A stretch of 64,000 nucleotides of DNA from Octopus vulgaris. Its lineage: Eukaryota. The DNA lies in the NCBI GenBank assembly GCA_951406725.2, contig OX597823.1, positions 60,574,001 to 60,638,000 of the forward strand, read 5' to 3'. The notes under the pieces are model-generated. The model was not told the origin of the DNA. It ran no database searches and saw only the letters and a list, made by a program, of their open reading frames with translations. This document shows positions 13,689 to 27,387 of this stretch, piece by piece. The translations under genes and the position numbers were made by a program. Positions within the stretch are counted from its first letter, which is position 1; the number at the start of each line of letters is the position of its first letter.

Positions 13689-15007
13689 CTAGACTACCCA
13701 TGACCCATTGGGTCACCGGGGAAGGCTGAGTTTCCCTGCAACAGAGTTTTGTTTCGTGAGTTTTTTTCTCTTCCAAGTTATTTTGCACGCTTTCAACAAA
13801 ATGTGATATTGAAATCACGCATAAATGGCTCCTTTCCCCAGAAAATGAAAGATTTGGCTGCTATTTCTTGCACGCCCAGCTACTACATAACAGGCATTTC
13901 AGTTCCTCTATCGCAAATAGCTGTTACATGGTAGCAGGACGTTCTAGAAATAGCAGCCAAACCTTTGGAGGTGAGATACTTTGAATGCACTTGAAAGAAA
14001 CCTATGGAAAAGAACTATTTCAAACTGAGTTACAAATGGGTCTTTTACAAAAGAGTGGCTGTGTGGTATTTAGCTTGCTTACCGACCACATGGTTCTGGG
14101 TTCAGTCCAACTGCAGGGCATCTTGGGCAAGTGTCTTCTACTATAGTACCAGGCCGACCAAAGCCTTATGACTGGATTTGGTAGACGGAAACTGAAAGAA
14201 GACCGTTGTATATGTGTGTGTGTGTGTTTTTTATCCCTCACCATCACTTGACAACCGATGCTGGTCTGTTTACATCACCGTAACTTAGCACTTTGGCAAA
14301 AAAAAAACGATGGAAGAAGTATTAGGCTTACAAAGACTAAGTTCTGGGGTCGATTTGTTTGACTAAAGGCAGTGCTCCAGCATGGCTGCAGTCAAATGAC
14401 TGAAACATAAAAGAGTAAAAAAGTAAAGAGTATTTTCAAAGTCATTTTCATCTAAAAATATCTTGCCCATCAAAATCACGTGTACACGGCTCCTTTCCCC
14501 AGAAAAGGAAAGAAATAGGCTGCTATTTCTTGCACGCCCGGCTACCATGGAACAGGTATTTCGGGTCCTTTATCACGAACAGCTGTTATGTGGTGGCAGG
14601 GCGTGCTAGAAATAGCAGCCAAACCTCTGGAGGTGAGATACGTTGAATGCACTCAAAATAAACCTATGGAAAAAACTATTTCACACCGAGATTATGAAGG
14701 GGTCTTTTATGAAATATTTACCATATTTTTAAAGTCATTTTCACTTTAAAATATTTTGCCCCTCATAATTTGTCTAATGGAAAGGTTAGAGTTTCTTCCC
14801 TTTCAGGGTTAAATTATTTTTGAAGTATTTTCCCATTACGCACTGTTTTGAGTATTTATACCCCAAAGCCCCAAATATCTCAATAGCTACTGGTCCAATT
14901 CATGCAAAACTTGCTTTATTCCGTTTGTATTTACATTTCCGCAGCACTTTACTTTCAAAGTATTTTTCCATTATGTGCCAGTTTGAACTTCACTTTTAAT
15001 GTGTTAT

Positions 15008-15010
<3 letters not shown>
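13689..15010 (-). mobile_element. Non-autonomous Helitron with internal ~295 bp repeats
   Basis: Minus strand: A|TCTATAACAC ... hairpin GTGACCCA-A-TGGGTCAT ... TAGTCTAG|T. It has 5'-TC, 3'-CTAG, an A|T target and no TSD. Confidence 0.75.
14054..14431 (+). mobile_element. SINE family A nested inside the Helitron
   Basis: GAGTGGCTGTGTGG ... GACTGAAACATAAAAGAGTAAAA. Confidence 0.88.
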
Positions 15011-15053
<43 letters not shown>

Positions 15054-15422
15054 GATAGGCTTCTTTCAGTTTCCATCTACTAAATCCTCTAACAAGGCTT
15101 TGGTCAGCCTGAGGCTATAGTAGAAGACATTTGCCCAATGTACCACACAATGGGACTGAACCTGGAACCATGCAGTTGGGAAGCAAGCTTCTTACCAAAC
15201 AGCCGTGCCTGTATCTTAAATGATTTTTTAAATATCTTTTAAGGGTGAGGCTGGAAGGTATTTGTTGTAATCCAATGTTGGACTATTATAATGTCCCCTC
15301 TGGCATAACTGTATAGTTAGACAAGTAAGACACGACTATCTATGACTGACAACCATGACTTCTTGACATCACAGTATTTGTAATGACTACACATACCACT
15401 TGTCATGTGAGAGGGGTGTTCC

Positions 15423-15454
<32 letters not shown>

Positions 15455-15518
15455 CCCCATAACAGTAATAATGTGCTAGACTGAATTTCTTACCTTTTCT
15501 AATAATTCTTTCTACTAA

Positions 15519-15910
15519 GGCGCAGGAGTGGCTGTGTGGTAAGTAGCTTGCTTACCAGCCACATGGTTCCGGGTTCAGTCCCACTGCGTGGCACCTTGGG
15601 TAAGTGTCTTCTACTATAGCCTCATGCCAACCAAAGCCTTGTGAGGGGATATGGTAGTCAGATCCTGAAAGAAGCTAGTCGTATATATGTATATATATGT
15701 ATGTATGTGTGTGTATATGTTTGTCCCCCCCAGCATCACTTGACAACCGATGCTGGTGTGTTTACATCCCTGTAACTTAGTGGTTCAGCAAAAGAGACTG
15801 ATAGAATAAGTACTAGGCTTACAAAGAATAAGTCCTGGGGTAGATTTTCTCGACTAAAGGCGGTGCTCCAGCATAGCCATATTCAAATGACTGAAACAAG
15901 TAAAAGAGTA
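15519..15910 (+). mobile_element. SINE family A inserted into the tail of a family B copy
   Basis: The flanks rejoin as TTCTTTCTACTA|TAGGCACAAACCTGAA, the family B tail on the minus strand. Confidence 0.88.
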
Positions 15911-16356
15911 TAGGCACAAACCTGAACTTGTGGGAAGGGAACTCTAGTTGATTACATCAACCCCAGTGCTTACCTAGTGTACTAATTTTATCTACCTTGA
16001 AAGAATGAAAGGTAAAGTTCGCCTTGGCAGAATTTGAAATTAGAATGTAAAGAGTGAGAAGAATGCTGCTAAGCATTTTGTTCAGAGTGCTAACAATTCT
16101 GCCATCTCACCACCTTTTGCCTTTTTATTAATCTTTTCTGCTAATAGGCACAAAGCCTGAAAGTTTGGAGGAGGGGGCTATTCAATTATCATATGACATT
16201 GCCTCCGGTACTTGACTGGTACTTATTTTATCAACCCCAAAGGAATTACAGACAAAGTCGACCTCAGCAGAAATTGAACTCAGAACACTTAGCCAAAAGA
16301 AATGCCACTAAACATTTTTTTCCTGTGTGCTCACAGTTCTGCCAACTTACTGCCTT
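15911..16356 (-). mobile_element. Two tandem SINE family B copies
   Basis: Repeated AAAGTCGACCTC..AGAATTTGAACTCAGAA...AATTCTGCCA motif. Confidence 0.8.
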
Positions 16357-16614
16357 TTGCCTTTTTTAATAATAAATTAAGTTTTCTTCAGTGAAAAATA
16401 TGTATAGGTCAGTTGGATACACATTATTAAAATTCTCATGATTAAAAACAAAATAATCTAAATGTAATGTTTTTTAAGAGTTAATAAGCAAAAACCTCTA
16501 ATCACAGATGATTATAATAGTCATCGTTTGTTTTATTTTACTTTTCATAATAGTTATTGATTAGCTTATATTTTTCTTTAAATATATATATATATATATA
16601 TATTATTTTTATTT

Positions 16615-16965
16615 TTTACTTGTTTCAGTCATTTGCCTGCAGCCATGCTGAGGCACTGTCTTGAAAGAATTAGACAAATAAATCACCTCCCAGTACTTTT
16701 TATTTATTATTTTTTTTTAAGTTTGGTATTTATTCTACCACTGAGTTATTGAGACATAAACAAACCAACAGTAGTTGTCAAGTGGTGGTGGGGGACAAAC
16801 ATTAACTCGCACACACATGTTATACAATGGGTTTCTTTTAGTTTCCACTCACAAGGCTTGGGTTGGCTTGAGGCACTTCCCCAAGATGCCATACCATAGT
16901 ACTGAACTGAACCTAGGATCATGTGGTTAAAAAGCATACTTCTTAGCCACACAGCCACACCTGCA
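16615..16965 (-). mobile_element. SINE family A (diverged)
   Basis: TTACTTGTTTCAGTCATTTG ... CACACAGCCACACCTGCAC. Confidence 0.85.
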
Positions 16966-18649
16966 CATATATAAAAGATATTTTTCTAACAGAGAAAATT
17001 ATTTAGTTTTTCTTTTTTTCTGTCAAGAGTAAAATAAATAAATAAATTATCTATTTCAGTAGAATTAATAAAATATTAATTTCATTGGGAAAATGACTAA
17101 TTTCTTTATAAAGATGCTATTTAATTAACTCAGTAAATTACTGGTGCTTGTTTTATAGTAAGGATTGAAAGACAATGCCAGCCACAGCAAGATTTGAACT
17201 CAGAAACAAACAAGATGAAATTAAACTATGCTAGGCATTTTATTTAGTCCATTACTATCCCAGCAATCACCACTGTTCTTAGAATGAATAAAATATTCTT
17301 TGATAGATATTTCAAAGGAAATACACATTGCTATATTTAGAACATTAAGAGAATACATATCTGAATATTTTAGGACATCAAACGTTAATATAATTTTTAC
17401 CCAAATAATATGAAAGAAGTAGGCTAACCAAAAACAAACAAACAAATAGATAAATAAATAAATAAAAGACAGTATTTCTTGATTTTTAATATTTTGTAAC
17501 CCTTTGATGGAAGATTTATATCTTGAAATCTTTGTCAGAATTCCCAAAGTATATAGAATTGCAAGGGTGAAAAACTTGCTCGGAATAGCAGTATAACAAG
17601 CAAAGAATGCAAATAGCTGGTCCATCCGCTCTGTGGAAGTTACTAAAGATAAGGGATTCTAGGAGTGGATTATACAGATTAAAAGAAAAACTTAAAGGAC
17701 ATTCTCTATAGAATAATTAACAAGCAAGAGGAACTGAAATTCATAGAATAAATCATAGTTAAAGAGAGTTCGTCTTTTATCAACTAATGTTTGTTATAAT
17801 AATCGGCCAAGGTAATTTAAGACTGGAAATATATTCATCAAAGAGAGTGGCTGAACTAGATTCCTTCTTTTAAGATATGCCATAATGGTAGAGCAGTGAT
17901 ATTAAGAACAAATCAAGGTTGCATTAGAAGAATGAAGAAAGTTAATCTGGGTGATAATTCTTTATAACTTACTTCTGAGAGGCTATCGGATAACGTTTAT
18001 AGTCAAAGAGCTCATTCAAGCAAGAAATTTTATCAAAGCAAGATCATTTAAATCTCTGATTTGGCAGATGTGACCCAGTTTTACCTCAAAATATACGCAT
18101 TTGTTATGCTGGTCAAGTAAAGGAGAAAGCAGTCTATGTGACATCGCCTTGTACCAAATTAATATGGCTACCAGTTGGTTGACTTTGTTCTTCATCTCTC
18201 ATGGTGTGATAAAATTAGCAGCAGCAGCAGCAGCACTAGCAGCACCACTACCATCAGCATCATTACCACCAGCGTCATCATCATCACAATTATCATCATT
18301 ATTATTATACCACATGATTATTTTCATTACTGTCATCATTATTTTACATTTATTTTTTTTTTTTTTAGTTCTTCTTTTTCTGCACATCCACTAATACTAG
18401 CATTAGTCAGAATATCAACATGCCTTTTGTATGTTTGTGTGTAAGGCCCAATATAGTCTCACATCCGATTGGTTTTTACTACAACCTGCTTCTTACCATA
18501 TCAGTGATCTTTATCTGTCACATGTACTTACAACTGCTAGAACAAAGGAGAAATAAGTACCAATAATAATAATGATAATGATAATGATAATAATGATAAT
18601 AATAATAATAATAATAGTAATAATAATAATATTAATAATAATAATAAAT

Positions 18650-19651
18650 GCCTGATGCAATACCAGACAGTGGCTATGCACTAATGCAATACCAGGCAGA
18701 GGCTCTCATGGCTTCTAATCTTACCTGATTGGAAGTGTTATCGTGTATATTGTTTGACCTTAACCAGTTGAGCATGACCCTTGGTGGCTGACGATACGTA
18801 CATCTCTGATCACAAGCAGAAGTAGTGGGGGAGCATCACAGCCATGTGTTGAGAGGAATTCTTTGTGGTTTGAATAATTCACCTCTGGAAACGTGGGTGT
18901 TCGATTCATCATCCATAAACAAACCTTATTCAGGGACCGTTTGAGTGGTATGGGCTACTCAACCTCAGGAAAATTCTAACTAGGCCCCACCTGCAAGGTC
19001 ATGTGCCATTTATCTTGATATGAGATCACTATATCCCGCACATGTGGTTGTGATGCATGTACCTGGTGTACCCTTATCAGACGGGTAGTTATGATGGATA
19101 CATTGGGTTTCATATAATTGCACCTCAGTGTCACTGATGGCATGTGCTGCTTTCTCACTCAATAATAATAATAATAAATGCTCTGATGCAGTACCAAGCA
19201 GTGGCTCTCATAGCTTCTGATCTTAACTTATTGGAAGTGCTATCATGTACATTGTTTTGTCTTGGTATAAAAGATGTGCTACAGCAAATATTTTACTCAG
19301 TACCATAGATTTGCTTGTCAGTTGTTTGATCATAACCAGTTGAGCATATCCCTTAGTGGCTGATGATATGTGCTTCTCTGATCACAAGCAAATGTAGTGG
19401 GGGAGCATAATAACCATGTGTTAGGGTTTGGATAATTCACCTTTGGAAACATGGGTGTCTCGTTCAACATCCTTAAACAACCTTTATTCAGAGACCTTTT
19501 GAGCAGGCTGGGCTACTCAACCAGAAGAAAATTCTAATGAGTCCCCCACCTGCAAGGTCTTGCATTGTTAATCTTGCTATGAGAGTACCATGTCACATAC
19601 ATACGGCTGTGATACATGTGCCTGGTGTACTCTTATCAGACGGGTAGTCAT
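18650..19651 (+). mobile_element. Two tandem copies of the (AAT)n-associated ~530 bp element, family C (18650-19160, 19180-19651)
   Basis: Both begin GC(C/T)CTGATGCARTACCARRCAGTGGCT directly after (AAT)n. Copy 1 ends CTCACTC-(AAT)n. Colinear with 32359-32891. Confidence 0.85.
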
Positions 19652-19728
19652 AACTCAAGAAGAAGAACAACAACAACAACATCGAAAAATATCTTAGGGA
19701 TGAGAACCCAGGTTCCAAATTTTCTCAA

Positions 19729-19774
19729 GACACTTGAAGAAAGCTGGAGGGTATATCAGCTGAAACGTTGTGTC
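19729..19774 (+). ncRNA. Minimal type-I hammerhead fold in a Penelope-like terminus
   Basis: Stem I GACAC/GTGTC; core TTGAAGA+A (C3 mutated to U); stem II AGCTG/CAGCT; GAAA; palindromic ACGT stem III; GUU triplet. Confidence 0.75.
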
Positions 19775-19948
19775 AACACCAAACAAAATGAGGACAAATA
19801 TCCATAAATAATGTAAATGATATATATTTTATCAACCACCCCAAAAGTATGAAAGGCAAAGTCAACCTCAGTAGAATTTGAACAACAAACGAAATACTGC
19901 TAAGCATTCATCCAGTGTGCTAGTGATTTTTCCAGCTCATCACCTTAA

Positions 19949-20084
19949 CCCTTTGAGCCCGTAACACCAGTCTACCAGTGGATAGGTTATTTTTCTCTAT
20001 ACCGTAGCACTGCTCTATACCACAGCACCGGTGGAGTGCCAGATATATGGTAAAATAAGGTTCAGGATGTCAGGGCTCAAAGGG
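19949..20084. mobile_element. Small piggyBac-type MITE
   Basis: TTAA|CCCTTTGAGCCC ... GGGCTCAAAGGG|TCAA; perfect 12 bp TIR. Confidence 0.8.
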
Positions 20085-20089
20085 TCAAT

Positions 20090-20290
20090 AATGGTTTGAA
20101 ATTTTGTGACAAGGTTAACAATTTTGGGGGAACACTTCGGTGTTCAACTGGTACTTATTTTATCGAACACCCAGAAAGGATGAACAGCAAAGTCAACTTT
20201 GGTGGAACTTGAACTGAGAACATAGCAACAGATGAAATTCTGCTAAGCATTTCACCCAGCATGCTAACAATTCTGCCAGCTTGCCACCTT
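20090..20290 (-). mobile_element. SINE family B (another partial copy at 19825-19945)
   Basis: CTGGTACTTATTTTATCGA...AAAGGATGAA...AAAGTCAAC...AATTCTGCCAGCTTGCCACCTT. Confidence 0.8.
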
Positions 20291-20805
20291 AATAATAAAA
20301 ATAATAATCATAGTGATAATAACAGCTTTAAAAAAAGTCTCAAAACTACAATATCTTTGCAGATGTGACATTGTGTTACGAAGTCAAAAGAAATCAATAT
20401 TGAAAAATAAAATTATATGTATCATTATAGCAAAATTGTCAATATTAGTCTTTAGTTTCTGTACACATTAAAGCTAAGAAATCAACAGCTGTGCCATCAT
20501 TTACAATGGACAGATGAAAAATACATGTTCCAACTGTTTTAATCTGTGTGTGGCTTCCCTATTATCCTTTTATTTGTTATTATGAACAAGTTTTGAGTAC
20601 CTATCTACTTGGTGTGCATGTGAGTGTATGTGTCTATGTATGTATGTATGTATTTATGTTCCACCAATGCTTACACACACATATGAACATGCACAAATTC
20701 ACATGCTTAAGCATCTAAATTCCTCTGAAATATCATTATCGTCATTATTATAATCATCACAATTATTTCTGAATTCTCCTATTATTGTTTGGCACTCATC
20801 ATTTC

Positions 20806-20807
<2 letters not shown>

Positions 20808-20885
<78 letters not shown>

Positions 20886-20949
20886 TTATCTATCTATTTA
20901 TTTATCTATCTACCTATCTATCTATCTACCTATCTACCTACCTGTCTAC

Positions 20950-21003
<54 letters not shown>

Positions 21004-21100
21004 GTCAATCTATTTATTTATCTATCTACCTATCTATCTACCTATCTACCTACCTGTCTACCTATCTATCTACCTATCTATCTATCTATCTATCTATCTA

Positions 21101-21178
<78 letters not shown>
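20808..21178. repeat. Compound (TATC)n/(TACC)n/(TGTC)n microsatellite
   Basis: Directly visible. Confidence 0.98.
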
Positions 21179-21596
21179 AATTTCATTCTACACACAAACA
21201 CACACACACACACACACATACATATTTGTATATGTCTATGTGTATGTATCAAAGCAATATTATTAAAATGCTTTGTGTCTATCTATGTGTGAGTGTGGAG
21301 AGAGAATGTGAAAAAAAGAGTGAGAGTGAGAAAAAAGGGAGAGAAAACGAGAGGTAGTAAGTATAATAAAAAAAAAAGACTACAAAGAATAACATAATTA
21401 TAGACAGATCTGTGATCTGTCAGTAAACTAAACTAAATTCTAACAAGCTTACTGATAGAGATATTACTATTCTAAATGCACAGATATCGATAAAGCATGG
21501 TGTAACTTAAGAAATAAGTTTCAATGTCTGCTCAGTAACCAGTGCCTTAGGAAGAATATTGCACATAAAAGCTTTGTATATGCACTCAGTATATAA

Positions 21597-21659
<63 letters not shown>

Positions 21660-21661
<2 letters not shown>

Positions 21662-22060
21662 ATCTTCTTTCATTTACTTGTTTCGTTCATCAGATTGCAG
21701 CCAAGCTAGAGCAATACCTTGAAGAATTTCTAGTCAAATGAATCAACCCCAACACATTTTTCTTAAGCTTGGTTTTGTATTAGTCTCTTTTGCCAAACTG
21801 CTAAGTTACAGGGATGTAAACACACCAACACCAGTTGTCAAGTGGAGGTGGTGGACAAACACAGAAATGAAACACACACACACACACACACACATATATA
21901 AATACAATGAGCTTCATTCAGTTTCCGTCTACAAAATCTATTCACAAAGCTTTGGTCGGTCCAAAGCTATAGTAAAAGACACCCTCCCTAAGTGTCACAC
22001 AGTGGGACTGAACCCAGAACCATGTCACTGGAAAGGAAGCTTCTTACATCACAGCCACCG
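21660..22060 (-). mobile_element. SINE family A
   Basis: Colinear with 2434-2836. Confidence 0.85.
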
Positions 22061-22157
22061 CTCCATAACAAACTACCCTAAAAACTCAATTACAATTCTA
22101 CTCAAACCCATACGCCCAATGTATGTGTAAATGCACAAAGAAGGCTGTGTAGTTAAG

Positions 22158-22202
<45 letters not shown>

Positions 22203-22205
<3 letters not shown>

Positions 22206-22560
22206 GAGTCGGATAAAGTAATGGAAACACCTAGCATCATAGCATCATAATTTTGAAATATCTATAAAACCATCAAAAGCTTGTTTATTTGTATGCTTTT
22301 TTATTTATTATTAGTGTTGCTTAATATGTTTTGCTAAAATTGCTTTTTCTTTTCAGATATCATCAGAAAAAGGTTATTAAAATTCATTAAAATGACAGAG
22401 CTATCGGACTTTCAAAGAGGTCAGATTGTTGGTGCTCTTATGGCAGGTGCAAGCATAATGGAAGCAGCTGAAATGCTTGGTGTATCAAGAAGTACTGTCT
22501 TGAAAGTAATGACAGCTTTTGAGGAAGAAGGAAAAACCTCCTCGTTGAAACAAAAGAAGA
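22203..22560 (+). mobile_element. 5' fragment of a Tc1-like transposon (TIR + paired-like HTH N-terminus)
   Basis: (TA)n|CAGGAGTCGGATAAAGTAATGGAAACACC. ORF 22392 reads MTELSDFQRGQIVGALMAGASIMEAAEMLGVSRSTVLKVM, typical of Tc1 transposase N-termini. Truncated. Confidence 0.88.
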
Positions 22561-23214
22561 AAAAAGAAGCAGACTTTGAGAGGTGCTGTTCTTTGCTATG
22601 TTAAGCATCTGCATTTGTCTGAAAAGATTTCCAGTGGAAACCAGGCCTAACATCTGAAGGATGCTTCTTATGTCTAAAGGGAAGGTGCAATAGCATTTTT
22701 GTGATAAATGTAGTAATTTTTTTTTCTCTGCTGCTGAAGGAGATAAAATTGGCATGACTTCATTAGAGAATTATTTTCAAGGTTTCTGTTCATGGAATCG
22801 GTGTAAATTTGTGTAAGGTGTCTCAGTTGCACATAACACTGCTTTGATACAAAAGGTTTTCTGACATAAAATCTTTTGTAACAGAATTTTATTGGTTATT
22901 ACTAAGTGATAGAACGGTAACTCCAATGGTGTGGCTATTGGCCATGAATTAAGTGTCAACAAGCCAGTGCAGGCGTCTCTAATTAGTTCAGTTCCTCAGC
23001 TTGCTAGGAATAGCAAAATAGCAGCCAAGATTATCTCAGATCACTTACTTTGCAGCCTTTGATTTTTAAGAGAGAAAAGGAAGGACATATTTCTTAATAT
23101 AATTTAACATCCGGTCGAACCATCCAACCCATGCTAGCATGGAGAACGGACGTTAAACGATGATGATGATGATGATGATGATGTCTGCAAAAGAGATAAG
23201 ATGATCACAGTTAT

Positions 23215-23445
23215 CTTTTGTCATTTACTCGTTTCAGTCATAAGATTACAGCCATGCTGGGGCACTGCCTTGAAGAATTTTTAGTTGAGTGAATCAACTC
23301 TAGTACCTAATTATTTTTTTAAAGCCTGATACATATTCTATTAGTCTCCTTTTACTGAACCACTAAGTTACAAGCACATAAACACACCAATACTGGTTGT
23401 CAAGTGGTGGTGGGAGACAAACACAGAATCAAAGACACACACATG

Positions 23446-23477
<32 letters not shown>

Positions 23478-24035
23478 TACATACATACATACATACATAC
23501 ATACATACATACATACATACATAACGTGCAATGCAATGCCTGTGCAAGAAGATTTTTTTTTAAGTGAGGAAAGGCTGTGTACTGAGTCAGTCCCACTCAC
23601 TAAGCAACAGCAGCCATAATCCGAAAAGAAGAACAAGTCAACATCATCAGTAGCCACTGAGCCACAGGTTTTATGTCGGAGTTATCTCAGTTACCTGAGT
23701 TACCTTCTCCTAGAAGGATGCCCTAACAAAGGATAGGAGTCCTTCACTCCAAATGGTTTAACTGCACGATCGGGTATTCAGTCCGATTATTTCTATGTCC
23801 CCGCGCATGATACTGCCTTAAGACATTTATTGGATGGCCGTTGACTCTCAAGAGTTCCTCCGCCCTTTGACAGGTTTTGTTTTTCATCCCGCAGGGTGTC
23901 CAATAAACACCCTCCTCACCAAGCAAGCTTGGTTGGGTTGCCGGTTTAGTCGCCGACGACCCGACCATGCAGCAGGTTGTACTGGGTTACATGTTACCAG
24001 TAGCACTCGAAAGTGACCTGACATACATACATACA

Positions 24036-24071
<36 letters not shown>

Positions 24072-24266
24072 TACATAAATACATACGTACATACTTACAT
24101 ACATACATACGATGGGCTTCTTTTAGCTTCCCTCTACCAAATCCATTCATAGGGCTTTGGTTGGCCCAAGGCTATAGTAGAAGACACTTGCCCAAAGTAC
24201 CAAGCAGTGGGGTTGAACCTGGAACCATGTGGTTGAAGAAGCAAACTTTTTACTACACAACCACAT
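23215..24266 (-). mobile_element. SINE family A split by a ~500 bp GC-richer insertion in its (CATA)n
   Basis: 3' half at 23215-23440 and 5' half at 24108-24266. The insert at 23524-24020 has (CATA)n on both sides. Confidence 0.8.
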
Positions 24267-25393
24267 CTGAACTTATAAAACTTCTGGAATATATTTTCTC
24301 CTTTTATCTTTTAATCAGATTAGAAGATAGTGCCCATGATGCTTTGCAGGGCCTCCAAGCCTAGTGAGAACGAAATAGGCAGGTATCCTGTCCTGGATAC
24401 TGGCAACAGAGTCCACTTCAGGACAGGTAAGAGATTAAGCCTACCATTAATCCAGATGTGTCCTTTGTGCTCCTACCCAATACCACCCAGAACAGGTTTC
24501 AGGCTTATTGCTGCTGGTACCAGCATCGGGTGAAGACTACAATTTTGAACAGACTCCTTTACCTAAGATCCAACACACCCCTTGTTTACCCAGAAGGTGG
24601 ATGGAGTTTGATTGTTCTTTCAAACCCCTTTCATATTGCAGTTTTCAGTGACCTTATTCATACCAGGCAACTAGCTAGTATTTGTGGTAGGATGGATGAC
24701 AGACACATGGATTAAACTAGATGGCAGTTTCAGTCTACTACCCAAGTAGGCCATGGCAGAATTTGATCTCACATTGCACAGAACCAGAACAACTACCACG
24801 AAGCATCCAGTCCAATGTTCTTACACTTTTGCCAGTCTACCACCCTGGATTGGTTGGTCACTTTTGTTAATTGGACTGGAAAGGATGAGAAGCGAAGTTG
24901 ACTTCAATTGGATTTACATTTAAAACATCAATCAGAGTCTGCTTGTTAAGTGTGGACCATGGGTTAAACGAAAACAACAGATCAAATTTAGAACCAACTG
25001 ACCATATCAACAGCAAAAAATGTTGAAGTTATAAAAATACAGAAAAAAATTTTAAAAAACATATGAACAAATAAACAAAGAGAACCGGGAGAGAGATTAG
25101 AAACCTAACAGAAGATATTTCTTCAAGTAGTGAAATGAAACTTAAAAGAAAATATAATAAAAATCACCTGAACACAGATTTCAGAAAAATGTACTTCATG
25201 AAAATGGTTTGAAAATTTTCTATAATGGAATAACATAAAAACTGTTTAATGGGGATAAACCTAAGAAAATAAATAAATAAAATTGAATAAAATAAAACAA
25301 AAAAAAATAAAAATTCAAGTGAAATTGAGTGAGATATTTTGTGCTAAGTTATCTAATTTTTTTTTCAATTATTATTATTACCATTATTATTAA

Positions 25394-25444
<51 letters not shown>

Positions 25445-25703
25445 CATTATTATTGATGATGATGATGATAATAATAATCAACCTAAAATCCTAATAAAAG
25501 CAGCTAAAAATGAGGGACTACAAGCAAAGCTATATAGAGTATCATCAGATAAATAAATAAATAAATAAATAAATAAACAAATGAATAAAAAAATAAATAT
25601 ACGGTAAGGTAGATTAGAAGCAAATTAAGCTATCAAGATAGTTTTCAAGGATACAATTATCTTGCTTATAGTTTGTTCGTTTTATACATACATACATATA
25701 TAT

Positions 25704-25761
<58 letters not shown>

Positions 25762-27044
25762 ATGTATATCTTTATAATTTCATTTGAAATGTAATGTAAA
25801 TTACAATTATGTTATTTATATGGGAAATCACAAATTCCTTGCTTGCACTTATTTAATTTATATATTTATTTATTTACTTATTTAATCATTTATTTTGTGT
25901 GTGTGTGTGTGTGTGTATGTGTGTGCGTGATGTGTGTATGTGGCATTTGTGTGATGTGTGTGTATGTGTGTGCATGATGTGTGTGTGTGACGTTTGTATG
26001 ATGTCTGTGTGTGTGTTTGTCTTAAAGAAATTCCTAGAATTCTACTGATGAAAGGGGCTTATTTATTTTTCTCTGCAGTAAGAAAAAGAAGTCTTTCTTA
26101 AAGAAAACTATATTTTTCATGTTGAATAATGTAATGGACTGGTTAATTGTTTTTATTTTAATTTATTTCATTTTATTCTATTCTATTTTTTTGTTTTGTT
26201 TTGTTTGTTCCTTTTTTTTTTTACATTGTCATCATTATTGTCACATTCACCATTACCAGCATTCCCCAGTGCCACCAATGTCACCACCACCACCGCCACT
26301 GTCAGTTCATCCTCAACATCATCACCACTGTAATCATCACAGTTATGATCACCAACACTACCATTACTATCACCATTCTCACGGTCATAACCATCATGGC
26401 GATTAGTCATCATTATTTTTGTTATAGATGTCATCATCATCATCATCATCATCCTCATCATCATCGTCATTATAATCACCATGATTATTCTTGAATTCTT
26501 CCATCATTGTTTTGCACTCATCATTTCCTAACTATCTATCTATCTATCTATCTCATTCTAATTACACACACATATATATTTGTATATGACTATATGTGTG
26601 TATGTTTGTGTTTGTGTGCGTGCATATGTGTATAAACATTATCAACTTAACAGTCACTTTTCGTTGCCTGTCTGCCTCTCTTTCTCCATACATATGTGAG
26701 TGTGTATATGTTTGGGTGTATATATGTGAATGTGTGTGTGTGCATACATATATGTATATATGTGTATGTGTGAGCGTGAGTGTGTGTGTGTGTGTATTAC
26801 AAGACAACAGTGCGTGGTTTGAAGCAGATTTGGTTGCTACTTCTAGCAGTCAAGTGACCATGTACATCAGGGTAGGAAACCCCTAGCCTACGACTGGAAT
26901 TTTGCTTATATTCTCATTTCTAACTGTCCTATCATTATCACCAAGATGATTCTAAAACAAATATAACAATAAATTCTAAGACTCTTCGGCAATTCACAGC
27001 CTTCAAAAGAGTATATCAGATAATTCATTAACCTATGGGGCTCA

Positions 27045-27387
27045 GTACTTGAATAAAATCCCCACAAGACAAAATCCCTCTGGACAAAATCCTCACCAGA
27101 CAAAATCTCCCAGCAATCAATAATCCCCAGGATATTGCCCTTTCTTTACAATGAAAATATTTTAGGAAAGTGAAATTTCATAAGAAATTCAAAATAATTA
27201 TTAGTTGATATTTATATATAAAATTTTTCCAGGGGAATTTTGTTGTCAGCGCATTTTGTCCTTGACAGGATTTTGTCCTTGACGGGATTTTGTCCTTGAC
27301 ATGATTTTGTCTTTGACGGGATTTTGTCCTTGACGCGATTTCATCCTTGATGGGATTTTGTCCTTGATGGGATTTTGTCCTGATATC
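27045..27387. mobile_element. Mutator/Foldback-like MITE with modular TIRs and a 10 bp TSD
   Basis: Exact ATGGGGCTCA at 27035-27044 and 27388-27397. Left GACAAAATCC repeats are inverse to a right 17-mer array (GGGATTTTGTCCTTGAY, ~8 units). Confidence 0.85.

Larger units (their letters stand above)
13295..15211 (-). mobile_element. SINE family A split at its internal (TA)n by a Helitron
   Basis: 3' half at 13295-13450 and 5' half at 15052-15211, separated by (TA)n-Helitron-(TA)n. Confidence 0.75.

Noticed and set aside
26119-26494. His/Pro-rich ORFs
   Set aside because: Degenerate (CAT/CAC)n trinucleotide repeat.
27240-27382. Short regular arrays (17-mer here, 19-mer at 44291) as CRISPR-like
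   Set aside because: No unique spacers, no cas genes, and a eukaryotic context.
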